This document shows positions 1 through 9,667 of a stretch of DNA of 64,000 nt, piece after piece. A program made the translations under genes and the position numbers. Where the stretch lies: contig CAZJGC010000003.1 in the NCBI GenBank assembly GCA_964545795.1, positions 738 to 64,737 on the forward strand, read 5' to 3'. Every line of letters starts with the position of its first letter. The stretch's first letter is position 1. This stretch comes from an uncultured archaeon. GTDB taxonomy: Archaea > Aenigmatarchaeota > Aenigmatarchaeia > Aenigmatarchaeales > DAIDAN01. A model generated the notes under the pieces. That model had not been told where the DNA came from. It was given only the letters and a program-made list of their open reading frames with translations, and ran no database searches.

Positions 1-945
1 TCTTATTTCTTCTGTAGAATAAAATTTAACAAATCCTTTATCATCAACCAAAGCAACACCAACTTGTTCCGTATAAAATTTTACAAGAAAAAACGTTGGA
101 ATATCTAATTTAACAGGAGCTATCCATACAGGATTTCCTAATTCATCATGCGTGAATATTGTATCACCATAAGAAAAGAAGGGATATGTCAACCATAATT
201 TTATTTTGACATCTCTTATACCTCCGTTAATAATCTGATATATTATTGAGATTGGATCGCTCCGCTCTTCAGAAAACGGGATTGACTCAATAATCTTCTT
301 TCTGTCCGCAGGGTCTTCTGAATTAACAAGAATATAAGCAGGAGATGGATTTGCCGAATTAATAAGAGTTGATGGTTCATAAACAATTACCCAATAAAGA
401 GTATTGTTTATAGGATATATTCCATCCCAATCATATGACAAATGCCAGCCAGTTTCAGTAACCATTGTTTTCGGTATTTGCAAAGCATATTCCTGAGAAA
501 CAATCCTCGCGCCCTTTATATCATCTAACGTCAGAGTATTGTTTGTTGTCGTTTTATCAATCCTAACAATACTTACATTATTCATTTTATACCACTCAAC
601 TTCAAGCGGCGGCGCAAATACCGCTGATGCAATAGATGCAACAATAAGAATTCCTACGCCTGCAACCAATATTATCGGTTTGTTTTTTACTACAATGGCT
701 TCATTTCTTATTTGAAATATTCTCAAAAAACCTGTTGCAAAAATTCTTATAAAAACAGCTGCTACTATTGAACCTGTAGGGCTTGCTGAAATTAGAAATA
801 TTCCTAAAAACCATGAGAATAAAAGATTCCTTACTACCTTTTTCCTGTTTTTGAGTCCAAATATTGCCAGAGCCCCGACAATAATTGCCCATAAACTATA
901 AAACCCTGCAAAACCTAAACTCAGGAACATATCAGTCCAAAACAT
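1..945 (-). CDS. Membrane-anchored hypothetical protein (partial, runs off the window start)
   Basis: Manually read open frame from ATG at 945 (MFWTDMFLSLGFAGFYSLWAIIVG...) with several N-terminal hydrophobic segments and no stop before position 1; absent from the ORF track. Confidence 0.75.
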   Translation of the reverse strand, partial: MFWTDMFLSLGFAGFYSLWAIIVGALAIFGLKNRKKVVRNLLFSWFLGIFLISASPTGSIVAAVFIRIFATGFLRIFQIRNEAIVVKNKPIILVAGVGILIVASIASAVFAPPLEVEWYKMNNVSIVRIDKTTTNNTLTLDDIKGARIVSQEYALQIPKTMVTETGWHLSYDWDGIYPINNTLYWVIVYEPSTLINSANPSPAYILVNSEDPADRKKIIESIPFSEERSDPISIIYQIINGGIRDVKIKLWLTYPFFSYGDTIFTHDELGNPVWIAPVKLDIPTFFLVKFYTEQVGVALVDDKGFVKFYSTEEIR

Positions 946-979
946 AATAAGTATTTGATTTAACTGCTTAAATAGAAAT

Positions 980-2170
980 TTATTTCTTTCTCACAACATA
1001 AACCAAATCGTTTTTTCTTGCTTTGCCTTTTGTTTTAATTCCTATAAGACTTCCTTTTGACGCATGTTTAACAGGCGCACCCTCCCTGTATATAGAATCA
1101 ATGTTTTGCCTCAAGTATGTTGTTTTGCCTTCTATTGTTATTTCATCGCCGACAGAAACAGGAGATACAATCTTTATTATTGCAACAGACTTTTTTGCAT
1201 AAAAATGCTTTACCATGCCAACATACTTTCTTGCAAATTTTGCCTGAGAATTAGAAGAGTTGTATTCAAATTCATTTCTGCCCGGGACAGAAAAATAAAA
1301 TCCTGTTGAAAAGCCCCGATTGTATACCTTCTTAAGCTCTTTTATCCATGTTAGCGTTTTCCTGTTAAAACTTCCGTCAAAAAAAGAGTCTATTGCTTCC
1401 CTGTAACACCTGCCAACAATTTCAACATATCTTGCATCCCTTAACCTTCCTTCCACCTTCAGCGAATCAACGCCAGATTTAATAATCTTTGGAATATGCT
1501 CTATCATGCACAAATCCTTAACATTCATAAGATACTTCCCTTTGCATAAAACCTGTTTCTTGTCTTCGTTTATTAAAACCCATTTCTGCCTGCATGGCTG
1601 GAAACACTCTCCGCAGTTAGCATTTTTTCCATAAAGATATGCTGAAAGAAAACATCTGCCTGAAATAGAAACACACATTGCACCATGAACAAAAACTTCA
1701 ATCTCCATGCCTGTTTCCTTCTTTATTTTTCTGATATCAGAAAGACTGCATTCTCGCGAAAGTATAACTCTTCTGGCTCCAAGTTTTTTATAAATTAATG
1801 CGGCTTTGCTGTTTGTTACATTTGCCTGCGTTGAAATATGAATAGGCAACCCCCTGTCTTTAGCAGCATCTATCACAGCCATATCCCAGCATATAATTGC
1901 ATCAACATCCGCAGTTTTTGCAACATCCATAAGTTTTTCAATCTTTTTAATATCCTTTGGATATATCACACTATTAACTGCAAGATATGCTCTTATGTTT
2001 CTATTATGGCATTCGCCAACAACTTTCTTAATTTCAGAACTCCGAAAATTTCCTCCGCGAACACGCATGTTAAATGATTTTGAACCAAAATAAACAGCAT
2101 CAGCATAAGGAAGAGATGCATTAAGATGCGTCCATGACTTTACAGGAAGCAAAAGTTCAGGTTTTCTCAT
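980..2170 (-). CDS. Peptidase U32 family protein (TrhP/RlhA-like RNA hydroxylase)
   Basis: PELLLP start, HISTQAN, EVFVHGAMCVSISGRC and CFQPCR Fe-S motifs, LKVEGR, C-terminal beta-barrel. Confidence 0.9.
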   Translation of the reverse strand: MRKPELLLPVKSWTHLNASLPYADAVYFGSKSFNMRVRGGNFRSSEIKKVVGECHNRNIRAYLAVNSVIYPKDIKKIEKLMDVAKTADVDAIICWDMAVIDAAKDRGLPIHISTQANVTNSKAALIYKKLGARRVILSRECSLSDIRKIKKETGMEIEVFVHGAMCVSISGRCFLSAYLYGKNANCGECFQPCRQKWVLINEDKKQVLCKGKYLMNVKDLCMIEHIPKIIKSGVDSLKVEGRLRDARYVEIVGRCYREAIDSFFDGSFNRKTLTWIKELKKVYNRGFSTGFYFSVPGRNEFEYNSSNSQAKFARKYVGMVKHFYAKKSVAIIKIVSPVSVGDEITIEGKTTYLRQNIDSIYREGAPVKHASKGSLIGIKTKGKARKNDLVYVVRKK

Positions 2171-2227
2171 AAACCAACCTTATATTAAAAAAGATTTAAC
2201 TGTTTTTAAATTTATTTTTATTAAGTG

Positions 2228-2959
2228 ATGCTAATGTCTACCCTGTTATGGATAATCTTAAGCACGTTTTTTGTTAGCATAATATCTTTTATTGGCATAA
2301 TCACGCTAAAAATAAAAGAAGATTTGCTATTGTTTTTTGTATCTTTGTCCGCAGGAGTCTTAATTGGAGCGGTTTTTCTGCACCTTATACCAGAAGCATT
2401 AGGAAGTTTTGCAAATAACAATATTTTTGTTTATGTTCTAACAGGCTTTGTCCTGTTCTTTTTAGTTGAAAAACTGCTTCACTGGAGGCATTGCCATAAC
2501 GGAAACTGCCATATACACACATTTGCCTACATGAATCTTATTGGAGATGCTGTGCATAATTTTATTGACGGTCTTATAATAGCCGCAGGATTTGCAAGCA
2601 ACTTCTCTCTTGGGATTGTAGCCACATTTGCTGTCGCCTTGCATGAAATACCGCAGGAAATAGGCGATTTTGGAGTTCTTATTTATGGAGGTTTTAAAAA
2701 ATCAGAAGCCCTTCTCTTTAATTTCATAACTGCGTTGACAGCGGTTTTTGGAGGCATTGCAGGCTATTATTTGTCTTCATACACCAAAGATTTTGCAATG
2801 TTCCTACTGCCTTTTGCTGCAGGCGGTTTTATTTATATAGCCGCAACTGACCTAATTCCTGAAATAAGAAAAGAAACAGACATAAAAAAATCTTTATTAA
2901 GCATACTTGTTTTCATGTTTGGCATATTAATTATGCACCTTGCAAAAATATTTATTTAA
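2228..2959 (+). CDS. ZIP family zinc transporter
   Basis: HNFIDG and HEIPQE motifs, His-rich loop HWRHCH, about 8 hydrophobic segments. Confidence 0.92.
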   Translation: MLMSTLLWIILSTFFVSIISFIGIITLKIKEDLLLFFVSLSAGVLIGAVFLHLIPEALGSFANNNIFVYVLTGFVLFFLVEKLLHWRHCHNGNCHIHTFAYMNLIGDAVHNFIDGLIIAAGFASNFSLGIVATFAVALHEIPQEIGDFGVLIYGGFKKSEALLFNFITALTAVFGGIAGYYLSSYTKDFAMFLLPFAAGGFIYIAATDLIPEIRKETDIKKSLLSILVFMFGILIMHLAKIFI

Positions 2960-3358
2960 TTAATCAACCTCCATTCTCTTTATATTTTTCTTTTCCAGAA
3001 CAAGCATGCTCGCGACTTTCTTGCCTGTATGCACATAATCCATAATAACATGCATTCGGTCAATAAACAAAAACCTTCCCCGCAAAATCCCTCCGTCTTT
3101 TGTATAAATTGTTGCCATTTTGCCTTTATGCATAAAATGTTCAATCTCATGCCTGCCTGATTTATCTGTATTTTGTTGCTTATTGCCTTCAAATCTCCTG
3201 TGAGAAACAAAACCAGCAAGAACAGCCGAGATAATAATAACATAAGAAAAGACAGTTATATGAAAAAATGTTATAGGTTGCAGTATTTTCATAAGAGATA
3301 TCACAATTCCAGAACCAACTGCTCCTATCGCAAAAGATATTTTTAATGTATTTTTCAT
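2960..3358 (-). CDS. Two-TM membrane protein with C-terminal Sm/LSm-like domain
   Basis: Two hydrophobic helices, then GKMATIYTKDGGILRGRFLFID (Sm1-like) and LVLEKKNIKRMEV (Sm2-like). Confidence 0.55.
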   Translation of the reverse strand: MKNTLKISFAIGAVGSGIVISLMKILQPITFFHITVFSYVIIISAVLAGFVSHRRFEGNKQQNTDKSGRHEIEHFMHKGKMATIYTKDGGILRGRFLFIDRMHVIMDYVHTGKKVASMLVLEKKNIKRMEVD

Positions 3359-3360
3359 GC

Positions 3361-4065
3361 CTATGGAGTAGTTATTAATTTATTTATTTTTTTCAGCAGA
3401 CCACTGCCATATTGCGCTGCTTTTTTCGGTTTTTCCACAATCTCTTCAGGAATAACCATTCTTGCAACTTCCCTGAGAATATATTTTCTTATTCCATTGT
3501 TTATTTTCAGATTTAAAGGCAAAGAAAAGGCAAATTCAATTATTTCTTTATTAAGAAACGGCATAATTAACTTTTTTCTAAAATATTTTGCTATCTTAAC
3601 TTCAAAACTGTTTTTAACAAGCCTGTCATAATCTTTTTTCATCTCTTCTTCCTTATTTTCAATTCTCAAGTACTTTGCATAGCCGCCAAAAAGTTCATCT
3701 GCGCCAGCCCCCAAAACAATTGCTTCTTCCTCGCAACTCCCTGCCACAAAATATACCGGCAACAAATAAGAAAGCACAAAATTGTCATTAACCCCGACTA
3801 TGTTTGAAAGAGTATCTATGTGTTCTTTTATAGAACCCTCAACTTCTATCTCCCTAAGATTGAGCCTTAGTAATTTAGCAGAATGTTCTGCAGAAGCAAA
3901 ATCATGGCACCCCGGAACTCCTGCTGTATAAAGATTTACACTTGCTTTCTTTGATGCAAAAAATGCAACAACAGAGCTGTCAATGCCTCCTGAAAAAGCC
4001 ACAGCAACTTTATCAGGAAATTCCTGTTGTTTCAACAATTCAAGCAACCTTAGTTTATAGTCCAT
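3361..4065 (-). CDS. Asparagine synthase C-terminal (PP-loop) domain protein lacking the glutaminase domain
   Basis: AFSGGIDSS, GAGADELFGGY, PFL, KYILR, KKAAQYGSG motifs. Confidence 0.88.
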   Translation of the reverse strand: MDYKLRLLELLKQQEFPDKVAVAFSGGIDSSVVAFFASKKASVNLYTAGVPGCHDFASAEHSAKLLRLNLREIEVEGSIKEHIDTLSNIVGVNDNFVLSYLLPVYFVAGSCEEEAIVLGAGADELFGGYAKYLRIENKEEEMKKDYDRLVKNSFEVKIAKYFRKKLIMPFLNKEIIEFAFSLPLNLKINNGIRKYILREVARMVIPEEIVEKPKKAAQYGSGLLKKINKLITTP

Positions 4066-4093
4066 TATAACACCTTTATATTTTTATTCATAT

Positions 4094-4220
4094 TTCACAA
4101 CATATTCACATGAACCCCTTTGTTTCCTATGGAACTTCACGTATAAGTATTATTGATTATACGTTAATCACGTTACCCCTTCATTTCCTATGGAAAATTG
4201 CACGTGAATATTTTGTGAAC
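4094..4220. repeat. Cluster of GTGAA/TTCAC motifs in 11-bp phase (distal cluster)
   Basis: TTCAC at 4094, 4105 (TTCACATGAA), 4136; GTGAA at 4204 (TGCACGTGAA) and 4215. Confidence 0.7.
4114..4196 (-). promoter_or_regulatory. Two origin recognition boxes (ORBs) with G-strings
   Basis: Minus strand GTTCCATAGGAAACAAAGGGGT (4114-4135) and TTTCCATAGGAAATGAAGGGGT (4175-4196), matching the archaeal ORB pattern TTCCAnnGGAAAnnAAGGGGT. Confidence 0.8.
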
Positions 4221-4645
4221 ATTTTTATAACAACATCGCCTATAAAATAACCTAACACAGAACCTCCAACAACATCATACCATGTATGAAACCCTGTATA
4301 AACCCTGCCAAATGCCGTAATTAACCCTGCTATTAAACCAACAGCAAAAACAACCTTGTTCACGCGCATTATTCTTGTTTCACAGAATGCAAGTGAAGCA
4401 TGTGAACTTGGAAATGAAGGAGATTTTCCTAAACCATAAGGCCTTGGAATATTGAAAACCATTTTCAAAGCTTCCGAAACACCAAGAGCAACAAAAAATG
4501 CCAAAACAGATATCTTAGACTTCTGCTTGTCGCCTGTGAAATAAAAATATAACGGTATTATAAAAACCAACAGGAAGGGCAGGAAGGCGGATGCATAATA
4601 AACAGGTTCGCACAAAATCTGACCTGAGCATAAAAATTCATTCAT
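4181..4645 (-). CDS. PAP2 family phosphatase
   Basis: KxxxxxxRP, SFPSSH and GRVYTGFHTWYD motifs; hydrophobic. Confidence 0.9.
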   Translation of the reverse strand: MNEFLCSGQILCEPVYYASAFLPFLLVFIIPLYFYFTGDKQKSKISVLAFFVALGVSEALKMVFNIPRPYGLGKSPSFPSSHASLAFCETRIMRVNKVVFAVGLIAGLITAFGRVYTGFHTWYDVVGGSVLGYFIGDVVIKMFTKYSRAIFHRK

Positions 4646-4670
4646 AAAAACCACATTTTATAACACTGTT

Positions 4671-7304
4671 TTATATTTTAACAACTGTTCCAACATATCC
4701 GTCCTTCTCAAAATTCAGTTGCCCTCCGCATTCGGGGCACTTGCCAACAAGAGGAATTCTTCTGAAAGACCATTTGCATTTAATGCACGAAACAGCATCA
4801 AAACCCTCCAATATAGTCTCCTGAGCAGGTTTTGATGAAAAAACTTCAAAAAGACTCTTCTGTCTTGAACCTTCAAGAAGTTCAGCCTTATCCACGCCGC
4901 ATGCTTTAAAAATTCTCTCTATAGGAGGCAATATCTGGTTCTCTATATAATATTTTGAATCAATTTCAAGCCCCTTCTCTTTAACATATTCAGGGTCCTC
5001 TGCCCTTTTTGACAAGAGTTGGTTTCCCTTAATTATAACATAAGAAATTCTCTCTCCAACTGTTATGTTTCTTGTCGCATCTCTTGCATTTATCTTCTTT
5101 GCAAGCTCAACATGCGGTTGCACGCCGTCATAACTGTTCAGCGATTTGGTTATTCCTTTAACAATAGAAAGCTTTTCTAATGGTATTTTGCCTTCAGAAA
5201 GGCTTTTTATAACCTCTCTGACGTATTTAGACGCTTTTATTATATCTCCTTCCTTAAGAATTATATTTAATACGTTCATCATTGTTTCCCCTGTAAGTGA
5301 ACACCAATCCCTTCTAACAGTTTCTATTCCCTTCATTTCTATTTTATTTTCACCTTCTTCAAATTTCCAGCCCGCATATCGCTTCTTTGTAATAATAAGG
5401 AATGTTTTGTATGTTTTTTCAAATTTAAGGTTTAAAACTCCGGGCAATCTCTCTGAAACAAACTCAGAAATTTCTCTTCCTAACTTCTCTGCCTCCTCAA
5501 TATCAGATGTATTTGTTTCCACAAAAATAGAATCAGTATCGCCATAAACAACTCTTACAGGAAAATTCTCTTCAACCATTTTTTGCGTTTTCAGAATATT
5601 CTCCCTGCCATACGCCGTAACCGAGTTGGCAACATCCATAACATAAAGCCTTGCCCTTAAATAGCCTGTATAACCATATAAACTGTTAGCCATATCCTTT
5701 AAAGCCAACTGTTTTGCATTTAGCAATCTTTTTTCATCTCCTTCTGAAGATTTCATCCTTTTCTTAACAGCCGCGCGCGCTTCCATTAACTCCTTAAGAA
5801 CAGCTGGCAAAACCCCTTCCCTTACTTCAGGTTTCACAAATTTTACTCCCTGTGGGGTTGTGAAATGTTCAACATCATATTTATTATTAATAAGCAGAGT
5901 AGATGGGCATATATTGAATGTGCGTATTATGGACGGATATAGGCTTGTGAAATCAAGAACAACCACGCATTTATCTTTATACAACCCTGTAATGGGTTCA
6001 AGAACAATTGCGCCTTTAAGTCCTGCCTCCTCTCTTTCCTCTTTATATTTCATCAACTCGGCTGCTTCAGGTTTGCACGGCATTAGCATATTTCTCTTTC
6101 TAAATTCATGCAAAAGCCTGCACTCATGCCTCTGCGACTGTCCTCCTAAACTGTCCTGCAAAAGCAGACCTGATATTTTAGAAAGCTCAAAAAACTTGTC
6201 AATAAGGTTTTTTTCAATAACAAGAGCCAAAGCAAGCTCGGAGTCAACGCGGCAATACTCAACAAATTTGTTTAAATCCGCTGTATCCCCATTCCATAAT
6301 TTTTTCATTTCCTTTGGTCCTCCTACTTCAATTTTTTTCTTTCCAAGCATAGCCTCCGCTATTGTCCCCAAATCATATCTTTTAAATTTAACCCATGGAT
6401 CTCTTTTTATTATCTCATAAGGGTCAACAATAATGCGTCCTGATACAGAACACATATAACTGTTTTGCAGTTTTCTGCAGACAGAAGGCTTGCTTGACCT
6501 GCCAAAAGAACTGGAAACCCCAAGAACTTCCATTCTCTTTACAATATAAGGCAAATCAAAGTTGTTAATGTTATAACCTACTATAATATCAGGGTCAAAA
6601 GACTCTATTATATCGCTAAACTTTTCCAGCATCTGTTTTTCATCAGAACATATTATTGCATTGCCGTTCATACACTGCTTGCTAATAAGAACAGTTGTTT
6701 TTTTGCCGTTAAAATCAGGATAAAAAGCCATGCTTATCATGATTATCGGGTCTTTTTCAAAATCAGGCATTCTGTCATCGCTCTCAGATATGCATTCAAT
6801 ATCAAAACTAACATAACGCAGGGGCGCGTTCCCTTCTTTTTCTATTGTTCTTACTTTGTCTGCATCTATAGCCCTGCATTTTACGGTTTTCGTAAATGCT
6901 GGAGAACCTTCAATTTCAACCCATGACATTCCCCATAAATCATAATCAACCATAAACCTGTACTTAAAAAGAATGTCAGCCTCATAAACAGTTCCATAAG
7001 GTTTTAATCTCTCCTTTATTTCAGGTATTTTTCCCGGGTCTTTGCCCGTAATTTTCAAAACCTGTTTGGACTCATTATAACCAATTGGTATTATTTTTTT
7101 CTCAACATTTATAGAAACATTATAATCTTTTAACACTTCGCGTATTTTATCAGTGTCCTGAGAATCTATATAACAGTACGGAAGGAAATTCTTAAAGAAA
7201 GCGCATACTGTTTCTCCTTGTTCTGTTTTTCCAAAAAGCCTTACCAAAGGCTTTCCATTAAGCATAACATAATCACAATCAAGAATCTGCATTGCAACTC
7301 TCAT
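4671..7304 (-). CDS. polB: Family B DNA polymerase with PIP box and C-terminal DP2-like Zn finger
   Basis: Exo motifs FDIE, YNINNFD, YCRVD; pol motifs DFTSLYPS, KxxxNSLYG, YGDTDS; QKSLFEVF; CIKC...RRIPLVGKCPECGG. Confidence 0.97.
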   Translation of the reverse strand: MRVAMQILDCDYVMLNGKPLVRLFGKTEQGETVCAFFKNFLPYCYIDSQDTDKIREVLKDYNVSINVEKKIIPIGYNESKQVLKITGKDPGKIPEIKERLKPYGTVYEADILFKYRFMVDYDLWGMSWVEIEGSPAFTKTVKCRAIDADKVRTIEKEGNAPLRYVSFDIECISESDDRMPDFEKDPIIMISMAFYPDFNGKKTTVLISKQCMNGNAIICSDEKQMLEKFSDIIESFDPDIIVGYNINNFDLPYIVKRMEVLGVSSSFGRSSKPSVCRKLQNSYMCSVSGRIIVDPYEIIKRDPWVKFKRYDLGTIAEAMLGKKKIEVGGPKEMKKLWNGDTADLNKFVEYCRVDSELALALVIEKNLIDKFFELSKISGLLLQDSLGGQSQRHECRLLHEFRKRNMLMPCKPEAAELMKYKEEREEAGLKGAIVLEPITGLYKDKCVVVLDFTSLYPSIIRTFNICPSTLLINNKYDVEHFTTPQGVKFVKPEVREGVLPAVLKELMEARAAVKKRMKSSEGDEKRLLNAKQLALKDMANSLYGYTGYLRARLYVMDVANSVTAYGRENILKTQKMVEENFPVRVVYGDTDSIFVETNTSDIEEAEKLGREISEFVSERLPGVLNLKFEKTYKTFLIITKKRYAGWKFEEGENKIEMKGIETVRRDWCSLTGETMMNVLNIILKEGDIIKASKYVREVIKSLSEGKIPLEKLSIVKGITKSLNSYDGVQPHVELAKKINARDATRNITVGERISYVIIKGNQLLSKRAEDPEYVKEKGLEIDSKYYIENQILPPIERIFKACGVDKAELLEGSRQKSLFEVFSSKPAQETILEGFDAVSCIKCKWSFRRIPLVGKCPECGGQLNFEKDGYVGTVVKI

Positions 7305-7327
7305 GCTACATCCTTTGTTTTTGAAAC

Positions 7328-8203
7328 TTAAATTATTTTTTTATTTATTTCAACCCTGCCTGTATGCAACTCTATCTTTGCTGTTTGTTTCTCATTAATG
7401 CCAATAATTTTCACTCCATTATAATCTTTAATACCAACACCAGAGAAGCACAAAAAATAATCAGGAACTTCATCAAGTATGTTTTCTTCATAAATTCTTC
7501 CGGGATAGAAGCATCTTTTGCTAAGCACGGTTACAGGGTCTTTTGTATTAAAAACAAGAATCAATATATTATTAATTTTAACATAAACAGGATTTGAAGA
7601 GGCGAACAAAGAGTCTTTCTCTATTCTTGTCTCATTATCAAAAAATATTTTATAATCTCCGCAGTTTCCATTGAAACAAACAGTGCATTTCTTTCCTGAA
7701 ATTTTCGGAGTGTTTTTTATATTTGGATATTCTACAAACTCGGCATGCAGCACTTTATCTTTTACAATGCCGGAAACAAGAACAATTTCATCATTTATCA
7801 GTTTAATGCCATCTTTCAATCTTACCTTTATTTCGCCTGTTGGGTCTTCAATTTCAGCTTCATTGTTCTTAACATTTTTAACAATGCCTATAACAGATGC
7901 ATCACCAAAAACATTTGATATAGAAACAGTGTTTTTCTTTTTCACAAAATATTCGCTCATTTTCTGATAATATCTATTGTAAACTGCAACCAATTCATGA
8001 ACAGTATATTTCTTTTGCTCATGTTTCTTTTCAACCACTTCAAAAACATTTTCAAAAAAATCCTCTCCTATAACCAATGGTTTTTCTTTTTTTATTCGCT
8101 CAATAACTGCTTTAATCTCATGCTCGTTTAACCTGTTTATATGTTCGGCTGCTTTTGGTTCAACAAGAACTCCCATATCCATTATTTCTTTTATCACATT
8201 CAT
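7328..8203 (-). CDS. Degenerate PolD small-subunit (DP1)-like protein: helical N-term, OB fold, inactivated phosphoesterase
   Basis: OB-fold EIEDPTGEIKV; DP1-like remnants SNPVYVKI, LSKRCFYP, PDYF, YNGV without metal-binding DxH/GNHD/GHxH; lies between cdc6 and polB. Confidence 0.75.
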   Translation of the reverse strand: MNVIKEIMDMGVLVEPKAAEHINRLNEHEIKAVIERIKKEKPLVIGEDFFENVFEVVEKKHEQKKYTVHELVAVYNRYYQKMSEYFVKKKNTVSISNVFGDASVIGIVKNVKNNEAEIEDPTGEIKVRLKDGIKLINDEIVLVSGIVKDKVLHAEFVEYPNIKNTPKISGKKCTVCFNGNCGDYKIFFDNETRIEKDSLFASSNPVYVKINNILILVFNTKDPVTVLSKRCFYPGRIYEENILDEVPDYFLCFSGVGIKDYNGVKIIGINEKQTAKIELHTGRVEINKKII

Positions 8204-8213
8204 ACAAAACTCC

Positions 8214-9401
8214 TTAGTACAAAACCTCGCAAAGAACTTTCTTCATTTTCTCTTTGACAGTGTCGTCAACCATAAGATTTATTATTTTTGTGCGCCCATA
8301 TCTTCCTCTTGAAACATTTTTTGTGCTTATTATTCCAAACATATCAAGTTCAGATATAAGGTCTGAAACTCTTCTTTGAGTCAAAGGTTTTAACCCATAC
8401 TTCACGCAGTTTTTCTGATACTCTGAAAGAACATCTCCTGTAAGAACTTCTTTATTGTTTTCCAGCAAATCCAATATGGTCTGCATAACAATTTGGCTTT
8501 GTTTTGGCTGCGTCTTTACAATTTCAACAAATTTGTCAACATTTATTTTCTCTTCTGCTGAATCAACATGTTTTATTGTTACTTTCCTGCTTCCAGAACG
8601 CTCGGCAATCTCTCCTGCAACGCGGAGCAGATCCAAAGCCCGCCTTGCATCCCCATGCTCCTGTGCAGCAAGCGCAGCGCACTTCTCTATAACACCTTCT
8701 TCTATAACTCCTTCCGAAAAAGCAATTTCAGCCCTCTGCCTCAATATATCCTTTATCTGCGAAGCATTGTATGGAGGAAAAATAAGTTCTTCCTCAGAAA
8801 GAGATGATTTAATTCTTGTATCAAGAGTATTTACAAAACTAAGGTTGTTTGTTATTCCTATCAAACATATTTTTGCATTTTTCAATTCCTGATTTATTCT
8901 TGTCAGATTATAAATAATTTCATCTCCTGTCTTCTGCACAAGAGCATCTATTTCATCAATTATTAAAATCAAAATCTGTTTTTCAGAATCTATAACATCA
9001 AGAAATATTTTATATATCCTGTCAGTAGGAAGTCCTGTAAAAGGAACTTCTTTTCCAAGTTCTTTTAGTATTGTTGCCAATACCCTGTATTCTGTGTCTG
9101 CCACTTTTTTAAGTTTGCAGTTTATATAAACAGATTTTACTTTAAATTTCCTACTAGTTTCAATAAGTTTTTTTGTAACATAACATGAAATCAATGATTT
9201 CCCTGTTCCTGTTCTACCATAAATAAAAACATTGCTTGGTTTTGAACCAACAAGGGCAGGTGCCAAAATTTTGCCAAGTTCCTCTATCTGTTTTTCCCTA
9301 TGCAATATTTTACCAGGAACAAAACAAACAGAAAGAGCATCCCTGTCATTAAATAAACATTGAGATTGTATAAAATCATTAAATATTTTTTCCAAACTCA
9401 T
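8214..9401 (-). CDS. cdc6: Orc1/Cdc6 replication initiator
   Basis: HRE, Walker A GRTGTGKS, Walker B IIDEID, FPPY, GDARRA, C-terminal wHTH with GRYGRT. Confidence 0.97.
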   Translation of the reverse strand: MSLEKIFNDFIQSQCLFNDRDALSVCFVPGKILHREKQIEELGKILAPALVGSKPSNVFIYGRTGTGKSLISCYVTKKLIETSRKFKVKSVYINCKLKKVADTEYRVLATILKELGKEVPFTGLPTDRIYKIFLDVIDSEKQILILIIDEIDALVQKTGDEIIYNLTRINQELKNAKICLIGITNNLSFVNTLDTRIKSSLSEEELIFPPYNASQIKDILRQRAEIAFSEGVIEEGVIEKCAALAAQEHGDARRALDLLRVAGEIAERSGSRKVTIKHVDSAEEKINVDKFVEIVKTQPKQSQIVMQTILDLLENNKEVLTGDVLSEYQKNCVKYGLKPLTQRRVSDLISELDMFGIISTKNVSRGRYGRTKIINLMVDDTVKEKMKKVLCEVLY

Positions 9402-9667
9402 TTTATTACAATGGAAATAAAGGTATTTATATTTTTATAACCTTTTTTTCCTATGGAAATTCACTAAAATACAGTGACACACCCTTTCTTTTCCTTTAGA
9501 AACATTTTTAGAAATTAAATAAGTAATAAAAATTATTATATTAACTTTTCAGTAATAATTTTCATATAAATATAACATTGTTATATACTATATTTAATTT
9601 AAAAATAAATTATAAATAACAAATTTCTATAAGAAATGATAGGGGGTCTAAAATAATAATTATAAAT
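9402..9667. other. Replication origin (oriC) upstream of cdc6
   Basis: ORB-like boxes at 9405-9424 (+), 9441-9460 (-), 9478-9503 (-, GTTTCTAAAGGAAAAGAAAGGGTGTG) and 9624-9647 (+, TTTCTATAAGAAATGATAGGGGGT) flank an extremely AT-rich tract at about 9505-9620; gene orientation diverges around it. Confidence 0.85.

Noticed and set aside
701..892. 63-aa ORF in the track
   Set aside because: Out-of-frame shadow of the longer 1-945 minus-strand ORF
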